Of a DNA stretch of 64,000 nucleotides, positions 32,248-41,906 are shown piece by piece. The stretch's first letter is position 1, and the number at the start of each line of letters is the position of its first letter. Below the pieces are notes generated by a model that was not told the DNA's origin, did not search any database, and worked only from the letters and a program-made list of their open reading frames with translations. The position numbers and the translations under genes are program-made. This DNA is from Porphyridium purpureum (lineage: Eukaryota), in the NCBI GenBank assembly GCA_008690995.1, contig VRMN01000010.1, positions 496,001 through 560,000 of the forward strand. Direction: 5' to 3'.

Positions 32248-32622
32248 CTATAGCCAGCGCTGCACGGCCTCCGCTGTGTCCTTTGGGTTCGTGTTAAATG
32301 CTATCTTAGCGCGCGGCGCGTACTCATGTATAGCATTAATGAGTCTTTCAAATGTCATGAAGTTCTCTTCCGACGTCCGCAAACCTGCTCCCACCAGCAC
32401 CACATCGTAATCCTTTGCTTGGAGGGCCGTGACCACCATGTCCTCGGCCGTCTCGGGCGTTTCGAGGAAAGCCCACTCTGCGTCGTAGCCCATCTCCACG
32501 AGTTGTGCCTGGTCAGCCAGCAGCACTTTCTCCAAAATTTCTGGCGTCAGGCCAGGCCATTTCGAGAAGTTAACCGATTTTGACTGTGGCGACCAGCCCA
32601 CGAGAAGTATCTTCTTTGCCAT
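32248..32622 (-). CDS. Conserved hypothetical protein (124 aa), bacterial/fungal-like
   Basis: Compact alpha/beta protein with YDVVLVGAGLR, FERLINAIHEYAPRAKIAFNT and DTAEAVQRWL, a pattern recalled from microbial hypothetical proteins. Confidence 0.75.
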   Translation of the reverse strand: MAKKILLVGWSPQSKSVNFSKWPGLTPEILEKVLLADQAQLVEMGYDAEWAFLETPETAEDMVVTALQAKDYDVVLVGAGLRTSEENFMTFERLINAIHEYAPRAKIAFNTNPKDTAEAVQRWL

Positions 32623-33145
32623 TTCCTTCGCCTGCTGCGTAAAACTAAAGCTCTCGTCGTCTCTCACCACCGCCAATCCCACTCGCCACGGTCCACTTCC
32701 TTCGATCTTCACTCTGGCCGCGTGCTCAAATCCTTAAGCCTTAGCAAACTTCGAGTTTCTCCTCAGTTTCCGTTGGGCGGTGAGCAAAAATAAATTTATG
32801 AGGAACAAGAGTGCGACGAATCCGATGACACAAAGCCTTCCTGAAAGTGCTGCGTGACAGACGTATGCTCTGACAAACGGTTTCAATTACATCACATGCC
32901 GCAGCCGATGCCGCGGATGCCAAGACGGGATCCCGTGCTTTGTCGCAGAAGAACGAACCCTTTCCAACGTGTATATCGACATGGAGCCGACCTTTCGGTA
33001 AAATGTGGAATGGCTCCAAGCGCGTGCGCTTCCGAGCGATGAACATCAAAGAGTTGCACGATGAAAGCCGACGCATTGGCCCGCAACGATGGTCATGCAA
33101 GGAAAGCAACTGAACAGCAGACTGACTGTTGAATGAAGAGCAGGA

Positions 33146-33493
33146 TTAAAACGTCGCACTGCAAGCCGCAGATGCTCGGCTATGGCCAAACTTTCGTCTC
33201 ATTTCAGCCACGATGAAGAGTTCTGACGTTGGGTCTTTTTTCGGAGACCTACCCGAAATCCACACGCACCGCTGGTGCGCTGGCAAAGGTACTCGAGACG
33301 AAAGCGAGCGTGTCTGTCCATTCTCATGTTTGTCCACGAGGCTCCGATGGCTCTCTCGCGTTAACTCGAGGTCCAATGGCATGTCCAACAACATGCCCGC
33401 TCGCGCGCCCGCCTCCAACTCGAGCGCGAAGACTGGCAAAGACTTGGGCGCTGAGCTTTCACATCTGGTCAAACCTGCTTGTCTTATCGCCAT
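33146..33493 (-). CDS. Small LLDMPLDLDL/AEMRRKFG-family protein, member 4 (115 aa)
   Basis: MLLDMPLDLELT, RSLSSRVP, DPTSELFIVAEMRRKFG. Confidence 0.8.
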   Translation of the reverse strand: MAIRQAGLTRCESSAPKSLPVFALELEAGARAGMLLDMPLDLELTRESHRSLVDKHENGQTRSLSSRVPLPAHQRCVWISGRSPKKDPTSELFIVAEMRRKFGHSRASAACSATF

Positions 33494-34375
33494 GTTCACG
33501 CACCACGTCGCGTCTCTTCAGCACTCTTATCTGAACCCGCAAGACACGGCGAGGCCTCTTTTGTTCTTATCGCACTCTGTCCATCCATCCATTCGCACCA
33601 GCCTTACAACAGGGCAACTTCCGGTGCACTACTTATACATTCGCGAAGCAATAAGACAACCGAAACCATGGCGCGCCTCATGAGAATTCTTGATTCGTCT
33701 TTCAAGCCCACTTGTCGCCGGTTCAAGCCGCGCCCAACAAAGCCATGCCGACCAGACAGGAAGTCTGCACGACTCGCAAGATCACATCGGACATGGCGAC
33801 CAGCTCGTTTATGACTTTCACTCCGTCTGTCCCTTAACGTTCTTTGTCCGGCACCTATTGTGAAACGCACTCGCACGTGGTCCGACTGCTTTTCAAGTCG
33901 GAAGGCTTGTTTTTGGCGGGCAGCGGGAGGGACCAAACAGGGTTGACGCCTTTCACGATGGGCGTCGAAATGTTTCGGCCGGCGGTGTTGGCGACTTGAA
34001 CGTATGGGCTACACGATGAGTGAGAGAGAGAGATGGACAGAACGACAAGCATGAATAATGCTGGCTTGCTGGCTGGCTGGCTGGCTCGTTGGAGAGGGAA
34101 AGGCAAGGCAGTGTCTCGCAGTCTGATGGGTAGGATCCCCGGCTCGTTTTGTTGGTCGAATGAAAAAGACAAGGAGTGAGGGAACCTTTTAATGCGGGCT
34201 TGAGGACGGCAGAGCATGTTTACAGAGGAAAGGCACAAGGTGGTTTCGTCACAGCGCGTATAGTGCTGAAAGCGGGAAGAATGGAATCGCGACGGTGAGA
34301 CGTGTCAATCAGCGGCAATCACAGATAGTTGCGGCGCCTGACGCCACGGCGCCGCGAGAGAAAATCATCGCCGAG

Positions 34376-34706
34376 ATGGCTCTGGATGTTGGTGGTAGAC
34401 AGGCCTCGCAGCATCGTCGATGGTCAAGTCTGAATGACGGGAGTATCTCGGCGACACGCTCGTCTCCTTTCAGCGGGTTTGGCTCGACGCCGGGCTTGAT
34501 CGACATACCTCTATAAATTTCTGCCGAACAGGCCCTTGCAAGCGACAAACACGAGCAGAGCAAAGGACGTATTCCTACGAAGGCACTGACCATTGGCATC
34601 TCGAGTTCAAAGGCAGCAGCCGCACGTGTACCGAACGCACAGCATCGCAGTCGGAAACCACGGCTCGAAAGTGGTCATCGTTTCCAAAATGAGACGAACC
34701 GCTTGG
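34376..34706 (+). pseudogene. Degenerate fifth member of the small-protein family
   Basis: PGLIDIPL followed by a TAA stop (34514-34516), DKHEQ, then in another frame PLASRVQ...NHGSKVVIVSKMRR. Confidence 0.65.
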
Positions 34707-35210
34707 CCCAAACCGTGCCAGAGGATGCAGTCTGACGCAGCGACCGTCATATACGACGTACACAGAGTCACCCCATCCCCAAACTGCACGCCACGTGCAT
34801 CTCTACCTCATCCTCTGTCACGTATCTCCCAACCTCCCCAGCCAACCTACCAGCCAAGAAGCGCCCTCTGCCAGAATGTTAAAAAAAGGACGTCAACATT
34901 ACTTATCTTGTTAAAAATAAGCGCGCTTGGATTTAATACTAAAACAGTGATGTTTTCATATGGAAACATCAATTAGCGACCGGATGAAGAAGGAGGAAGG
35001 AGGAAGAAAGGAAGGGAGAAGAGGGAAGAGGGAAGAGGAAGTGTTGTAGGTTGCGTGTGAGATACAACGGAGACGGCCGACCGAGAAGCCAGGAGTTGCA
35101 CTGTTGCCAGCGCTGTTGTGGTTTCCTTGCGTGCGCGCCGGGGAGGGGAGAGGTTGTGTGTGCTCTGAGAGCGGGTTGGTTGGGCGGTCAGATTCTGCTG
35201 CGAGTGGGCC

Positions 35211-35489
35211 ATGGGGGGTGGGGCAAGGTATCAGTATCCAAAGGATATATGGTCGCCGTCCGGTGGATGGTGGCCGAATCCGAGAAGCTGGAGAAGAAAT
35301 ACAGCAATCGCAGCGGCGTTCATCCTTCTGAGTTGCATCCCGGTCGGGCTTTGGGCCGAGTCCCACATTGAGCGCACGCCGCCAGTGCGCAAGATTCCGT
35401 GGCGCCCGGAACTGCTTACACGCGCCGAGGTGTATGCTCTCTACGATGAGGCCCAGGCGCGAGAGCAGGCAAAGTCGCCCGGTAAGTAA
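35211..35489 (+). CDS. Mitochondrial complex I accessory subunit (NUUM/KFYI-like)
   Basis: MGGG..YPKDIWSPSGGWWPNPRSWRRNTAI followed by a single TM segment. Confidence 0.75.
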   Translation: MGGGARYQYPKDIWSPSGGWWPNPRSWRRNTAIAAAFILLSCIPVGLWAESHIERTPPVRKIPWRPELLTRAEVYALYDEAQAREQAKSPGK

Positions 35490-35626
35490 GATTGACCGGT
35501 TTTGGTCGTTGAAAGCTTGGTCCATGCCGGACTCGGTTCGGGAGGTGGAGCACAGGCATTACCGATGACGCGCACTTGCGCGTTTGAGGGACGAAAGAAC
35601 CAACCTGTAAACACGTGCGTTTCTGA

Positions 35627-36492
35627 TCACGTACAATCCCAAGATAAAATTTCATAATCTACTTGGACGCCATACTGACTGGGGGAATCGCCATCGATAG
35701 AAAAGCTGGGATCGTTCACAAGGACGGAAAGTGAAAAGGAAACAAATATTTCGGACAACAACACAGCGGAAAGTGAAAAATGAGAAACCAATTAGCGATC
35801 TGCGTGCAATGCGCACTCGGCGCCTAGCTGTGCGGGCATACATTCAGAAACGTGACACCAAAACGCGGAACCGAAAAAGAAGCGTACCCCAACCGTGACT
35901 CGTACAACTGAAAAGCGCGCGTATTTGACTTCAGCACCGTGAGCACCACCTTTTCCATTTGTTGCTGGGTAGCAATGGCCTGGATGAGCCGCATCATATG
36001 TGTGCCGAGGCCTTGACTTTGAAACTGGGTATGTACCATTACCTCATACACATACAAGACAGCCGCCTCATCCTCAATATCAAAGCGGTACGAAACAAAG
36101 CCAGCCGGCTTCAGTGAACATGCCGTGTCGCACGCACCGTAGACCATCAAGATACGTGACGAGCTTGCGCACAGCTCGTCGCGCTTTGAATCCCGCTCCC
36201 ACCCAAGCGAGCTTGCGGCCATGCTGGGGCCTGTATTGTCCCACATGACGTCCAGCATCCATTCCACGAGCTCCTTTCCCGGCCTGCTTTCGTCGTCTCC
36301 AAACGACCAGTGCCTAAGAGTCATACCCGCAGACAAACCAGCATCCACGCCATGAGCCGTGCCCTTGGCGTTGCCGCAAAATGATGATGCGTTCGGCTTC
36401 AAGCTACGCTGATGTGCCTCCAACGCCTCGAGGCAATTCCGAACACGCGCCGCGCGTTCAACTTTTCTTTCCGGCGTCATTGACTTGCGCAT
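35627..36492 (-). CDS. NAA40: N-alpha-acetyltransferase 40 (NatD); two exons 36492-35888 and 35705-35627
   Basis: GFVSYRFDIE, VLYVYEV, QSQGLG, KVVLTVLKSN; splicing restores the C-terminus LGFSIDGDSPS...DYEILS. Confidence 0.9.
35706..35887 (-). other. Spliceosomal intron (182 nt) in NAA40
   Basis: GTACGC donor, GCTAAT branch-like site, pyrimidine tract, CCAG acceptor; removal gives an in-frame conserved C-terminus. Confidence 0.85.
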
Positions 36493-36913
36493 GTGCAGAA
36501 GATTACTCCGTCTTTCTCAGCCAATTCGTGCGAGTATAAACTTGCTTCAAATTGCACGTCTATGTGAATTGAACGGCGACAAAGTCGACGTAATCACGTG
36601 GTCACGTTGTCACCGTCAACATCACCAACACCAACACCGCACGTCTCCTGCTGTTGTGTCTACCACAGGCATACAGCCGACTTCATCAACCTTTCCCTTT
36701 CTGGCGCGAAACAAAAAAGAACGACAAGTTGTTATCGGTTCGGTTTCTATCCGTAAACCGTTTAACCGGAAGCAAACAGAACCTCAACTGTACTTGAGCC
36801 ATTTTGCGTGATGTGCGCGCGCGAGGTTGGCCGATGAAGGAAGCAGCCGGTGGAGAGTGGAAGAGAAGAGTGTAGAGAAGGACATACACGCACAGACAGA
36901 GAGAGAGACAGGC

Positions 36914-37918
36914 ATGGCTGCCGCATTTATCGTGGCCGCGTCATGGTCGCGGCAATGGGGAAGCAGGTCGAATCGAATTGGACGCGCGAGGCCTGCTGGA
37001 TTGGTGTCTGTGGCGGTTTCGAAAAGCAGGCTGATCACGGCAGCTGCTGCGTCTGTGGTGCCCAAGCGTGACGCTTTTCTGAACGCGGCTGTGGCCGCCG
37101 GAGTGAGCAAGGACACTGCGGCGCGCGCGCTGGACTTGGCGGAAAAGGCGGATAAGACATGGAGCGTGCAAGTGAACGGCGCGTTCTTGAACCCGATTGA
37201 AAGCACGGCGCTGGTGTCGTTGTTCCGGAATGTGGCAGATGTGCGTGCCGTGGCGTACGGCGGGTATAAAGACGCCGAACGACGCATGGTGGCATTCATG
37301 CGCCGCGACATGGAAGACACGGCGGGACTGAATGATCCAGGCTTGGAAGATGCAAGTGAAAGCAATGAGCAATTGCTGCGGAATCTGTTTGGACCGTTTC
37401 AGACGTTGTTAAACGTGAGCGGCAATTTCCTGTTCGACGCCGCTTCGCATCGCGACTTTCTTGGCGCGACGCTGCAGACAGGCATCGAGCGCGACGTTGT
37501 CGGTGATATTATTGTTCTAGGCGACCGTGGAGCGCAAATGGTGGTTTCTGAGTCAGTCGCCAGCCACTTGTGCGCCGCGTTGACACAGGTGCGCACCGTG
37601 CCAGTGCAGTGTCGGATCGCGGAGAGCTGGGATGAGCTGAAAGTTCGGCCGGTGTCCAAGAAGGAAATCAGCTCGGTCGAAGCCAGTCTGCGCGTGGATG
37701 CAGTCGCGTCCGCAGGGTTTGGAATATCCCGCAGCAAAATGCTGAATTTCATCAAGTCTGGCGCCGTCAGCATCAATTGGAAGGAGTGCAGCTCTGCGAG
37801 TACCACACTCAAAGAGGGTGATTTTGTCACGGTGCGTGGAAAGGGGAAAATGGTGCTTGAGGAGGTCCAGGTAACCGCCAAGGAGCGCTTCCGCGTGCGC
37901 ATGTCGCGTTTCACATAG
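36914..37918 (+). CDS. Plastid S4-domain RNA-binding protein, YlmH/Sll1252 family
   Basis: GGYKDAERR, GNFLFDAASHRDFLG, GDIIVLGDRGAQ, EASLRVDAVASAGFGISRSK; MAAAF transit peptide. Confidence 0.9.
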   Translation: MAAAFIVAASWSRQWGSRSNRIGRARPAGLVSVAVSKSRLITAAAASVVPKRDAFLNAAVAAGVSKDTAARALDLAEKADKTWSVQVNGAFLNPIESTALVSLFRNVADVRAVAYGGYKDAERRMVAFMRRDMEDTAGLNDPGLEDASESNEQLLRNLFGPFQTLLNVSGNFLFDAASHRDFLGATLQTGIERDVVGDIIVLGDRGAQMVVSESVASHLCAALTQVRTVPVQCRIAESWDELKVRPVSKKEISSVEASLRVDAVASAGFGISRSKMLNFIKSGAVSINWKECSSASTTLKEGDFVTVRGKGKMVLEEVQVTAKERFRVRMSRFT

Positions 37919-38034
37919 AATCTCGGTCCTCAACCTGAGGGCGAAGGGCCACAATTCAAAAAAAAAAAAAGAGGCGTAGGTCAGGAAGTGCAATGTTCTG
38001 AACGCGTGCCTTTCTTCGCCTCGCCAAATAAACA

Positions 38035-40269
38035 TTAAAAACGCATCGACTGGTTCATCACGTTTTCCGCTTCGTGCGTCTGCAAGTCCAGAATGGTAGC
38101 GCTCAAGTATTGGCGCTTACCGGCGTCCGATAATTTGCACAGCTGGCTGAACTTTTGGGTGATCAAGTGAGGCGAGTGCGCAGTACCGGAACGAGCACCC
38201 GAACTTCTCGACTCGTGCGACTCAGGCTTTGGCAACGGTCGCACTGCAGCCGCCTGAACATTAGACACTGTGCGTGGCGAGTTGCTGAACATGCCTGTTC
38301 CCACATCCACAGCCTCATCGTCAAGCAGCACACCCCTTTTCACACGAGCTCTTGTGCCTGCATTTGCCCCGCCTGGCGGCCTCAACTCGTGCAAGTCAAT
38401 GGATGCTGGGTGAAACGAGTCCAGGGCGTAGGACCTCTTCTGCGCGCTTCGTCTCGGACGAAGAGAACGTAAAGATGAAGCATCAAAGCTGGACGACATT
38501 TCGGGCGGGGCCCGTTCGCTCGGGCTCATGTCAGGCGGCTCAATGTCGTCTTCTGCAAGCACTTGTGCGTGTGAGTCCAGCCCCGGGGGCTCCGATAACA
38601 TTTCAGGTAGGCCAGGTATGTGCAGGCCTTCGCGTCCGCGCAAACCCACGTTGCTTGTTCCGCTAGATATACGTCCACGTCCGGCAATATTGGCTCGATC
38701 CCTCAAGCCCTTAGCTGCTTCTTTCTCCATGTCCGCATCATCAACAGACTGTGCTCCTCCCTTGGAAGCCTGCTCACGCGAGGAAAAGAATCCATCACTC
38801 GACCTCAGCCTAGCGACCAATTTTGTGCCCGGCGTACTCGAGAATTCGGATGGGATTCGTAGCGAGGTAGGCCCGCCATCATATTCATCTTCTGGGTTTT
38901 CATCTGCCATATCATCAGGCGAAAACGATGATTCTGATTCTGGAGCTGGTGGTACTCCAGCAGATGCCGAAGCTGGGGTCGCTGCAGGCAGAGATGGAGA
39001 GCCTGTTTGCATGCGAGACGCCTCGTACGCAATCATGTACGAGTATACAAGCTTTGTTGGGTCTGCTGTGACCGCTGCGCTCGTGCTCGGGTCGTAGTCG
39101 CTCACAGAGATACCTTCACTGATCATCTGCTTTGGCTGAACATTCCTGAGCGCAGCCTGACCCGTGAACGACCGGATAAATTTTGTCGGGGAAGAACCCA
39201 CCACGATGACAAAGTAAGGGTGCTTGCCCAATTGTGGGCTGGACCGCTGCAAGCTCTTTTCAAACTGGTCTTTTGCGGACTCATTCAGAAAATGCGCGAT
39301 CGTGATGATGAGCACGTAACGAAAGCCAAGCACGCGACAACCTTCGCACAGGTTTTCAATCTTGACACATTCGCCTCCTTCCAGCATAACCAAGCACGAG
39401 CTCATGCGAGAATAAAGACCGTGACTGCGTGACTGCACCGCACCGTGTTCCAACTCTTCTTGCAGCATCGAGACCGGTTTCCGCCGCGGACTGGCAAGAA
39501 ACCGCTCGCTCGAAGATCGCGACGCCAAAGGATGCGCGGAATGATTACCCTGCACGCCGCTTTCTGCTGCACTGTGCGTCACTACCAATTCGCTGTGATT
39601 CCGGCTGTGCTGGAGGAGCGATTCTCTTCTTGACTGGCGATCATCATCCGGCCCCGATGCGCCCACCGCTCCCTCGGCCAGACTCTGACTACTCAGCAGA
39701 GTGACAAGCGGTTTTTTCTTAACATTCTTCTGTACAGAAACGGCGGCCATGCTTGTGCTGCCGCCACTCACATCCTCGTCACCTGCATACATTCTACCGC
39801 CCCTATCGTTTGCCGGCGTCGCGCCATGTGCGCGATGAGCGCCGTGCCGCTGCGATTCAAGGAGAGCGGGGCTCGACTCTGAGCTCGGCATGGCGCTCGA
39901 TGATGGAGACTCGCGGTTGGGTTGCCCTTTCAATTGTGCCATGCCATGCCGAGGGGTATCATATGCATACTGAGATTGCAGGCCTACACGTTCTTGCTCT
40001 GGCTGTCGTGTTTGCGGCCCTACTTGTTGTTCTCTTTGTTGTTGTCGGTGGTGGCCAGACGGAGCATATGTAGGTTGGTGCGTTTTGTCCTCGCCTTTGT
40101 GCTGTGCCGCGTGAACTCGTGAACGATCTTCTCTGCTCGTTCCGCGAGCGCCCTGATACAACGCGGCATCAGCGTACCCATACTCCACACCCGCTTGCTC
40201 ACCCTCATCTGTAGCGCTGTCTACAAGCACCTGCGCATCTTCATCATCTCGTGCACTGTTCCCTGCCAT
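38035..40269 (-). CDS. Largely disordered protein of unknown function with one central folded segment
   Basis: 2.2-kb ORF, Ser/Pro/Gln-rich; hydrophobic core from SCLVMLEGGE to YSYMIAYE. Confidence 0.7.
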   Translation of the reverse strand: MAGNSARDDEDAQVLVDSATDEGEQAGVEYGYADAALYQGARGTSREDRSRVHAAQHKGEDKTHQPTYAPSGHHRQQQREQQVGPQTRQPEQERVGLQSQYAYDTPRHGMAQLKGQPNRESPSSSAMPSSESSPALLESQRHGAHRAHGATPANDRGGRMYAGDEDVSGGSTSMAAVSVQKNVKKKPLVTLLSSQSLAEGAVGASGPDDDRQSRRESLLQHSRNHSELVVTHSAAESGVQGNHSAHPLASRSSSERFLASPRRKPVSMLQEELEHGAVQSRSHGLYSRMSSCLVMLEGGECVKIENLCEGCRVLGFRYVLIITIAHFLNESAKDQFEKSLQRSSPQLGKHPYFVIVVGSSPTKFIRSFTGQAALRNVQPKQMISEGISVSDYDPSTSAAVTADPTKLVYSYMIAYEASRMQTGSPSLPAATPASASAGVPPAPESESSFSPDDMADENPEDEYDGGPTSLRIPSEFSSTPGTKLVARLRSSDGFFSSREQASKGGAQSVDDADMEKEAAKGLRDRANIAGRGRISSGTSNVGLRGREGLHIPGLPEMLSEPPGLDSHAQVLAEDDIEPPDMSPSERAPPEMSSSFDASSLRSLRPRRSAQKRSYALDSFHPASIDLHELRPPGGANAGTRARVKRGVLLDDEAVDVGTGMFSNSPRTVSNVQAAAVRPLPKPESHESRSSGARSGTAHSPHLITQKFSQLCKLSDAGKRQYLSATILDLQTHEAENVMNQSMRF

Positions 40270-41479
40270 TGCCGACAGCACAATCTCTGTCAATCACTCT
40301 TGAAACATCCAATCCAATCCGAAGACGCAACAAAACCCACAACCAACAAACGAAACGATCGTCACAAAGGCGCATCTACTTGCGTCGATCCCTGTACACT
40401 TGCTCTTCTCCTATTCTCTCCGTTCTTGTTCCACCCGCACGTTCTTTGTCCGCCCTTCTCCTCCGACTTTCACTCACAAAATCCAACGCGCTTGCGGGTT
40501 TTTGCCTCCGCCTCGAAAGACAGAACAAGTTGGGACGGAGCGGCTGCTTGCGGTCGTTGTGGTTCACTAACCGTGCACGAAGCCTCGCTCCTTTCGCTGC
40601 ATGCGCTATAATCCAAGCGACTACTCCGGCATGATCCTGAAAGGTGAGTTGGTTTTGATTTTCCAGGTACAACAGCAGCAAGCAGCGGCACGGAGGTACA
40701 CACCGCATCAACGCCTAATCCGCCAGAGAGAGAGACGCACAGGAAAATGCTTGTGGCGAAAGAAGGCGGTACGCGCTGTATATTCCTCAGACAATAACTT
40801 CTTGCAATAAACAGAAACCGATGTGCGGCACGCACGCTTGCGTGCTACTTCCACCGAGCCGCCAAGCGCAGCTAACGGCGCGGCGTTAATATCGATAACA
40901 GTGCGGATGATGAGGACGAAGATGACAAGGATCTTGTTTGTGTTGGTGTGGTTGCTGCGCGTTGAACCAGGACGCGGTTGCGGTGAGAAAGGTGTTGTGC
41001 TGGACAGAAGTTCACGTATGTTTTAGACCACATCCGCGTGGATACAGACATGCGTCCGTGGTCAATGCAGATTATGTTTACATGTGGTCGGAAGAGAGAA
41101 AGAGCCAGCGAGAGAATGGTAGTAGTCGAGTAGAATGGAAGAGGCACGCATGCGCCGTCCTAGTGTAACTGTATCGGTCGCTTGTCGTGTTGGGATGCCA
41201 CACTGTCGTTCGCGCGCGGGGAGTCTGCACGCTCAGCACATGAATCAACGTCTGGGCTTCGCAACCTGCCGCGGGGCGGCGCGTTGATCATTGACAACAG
41301 CCGCTACACACGCCGCACGCGCTCAACTTTGATGGATAGAACAATAAGGATGACAAACGAATGGAAAGAAATGCGAGGGTTATGGCGCACACCGGGACGG
41401 GTACAGCGTGACTCCAGGCTGGACGACCGCGAGGTTCGGACGTGAAGATGCCAAACGAATGGGAATGCGACTATAAAAG

Positions 41480-41730
41480 ATGACATAAGAATGAATATTA
41501 CGCAGTGAATGATGTCGGACATCTCGACACTGCGTTGAAGAATGACAGACGAATGCAGAATGGACAGTCAATGCTGACAGAGGAATGCAGGACAAACAAG
41601 TCATAATGACAAAAGAATGCAGAATGAACCAGTAATGATGACAAAAGAATGTAGAGTGGGTATTTAATGATGTTATAAGAATGCGGAATGAGACGTGAAT
41701 GATGACAGAAGAATGGCGGAGTGACCGGTG
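41480..41730 (+). repeat. Degenerate ~30-33-bp minisatellite, about 7 units
   Basis: Recurrent aatgatgaca(a/g)aagaatgcagaatg core followed by variable 6-9-nt tails. Confidence 0.7.
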
Positions 41731-41906
41731 GGAAGGAGGGGGGAACGTGAGCGGCGGGAAGAGGATGGCAGGGAAGGAAGAAGTGGTGCGTGGGAGAATG
41801 TGGGATGGCGGGTGGAGGAGGAGGGGTAGGTGGCAGTGCGGGAGTGCGGGAGTGCGTGAGTGCGTGAGTGCGTGACATCGTGGTCGTGGGCCGTTGTGAT
41901 ATTGTG

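Noticed and set aside
41480..41730. CRISPR-like array
   Set aside because: Repeats are degenerate, variable parts are under 10 nt, there are no cas genes, and the context is eukaryotic.
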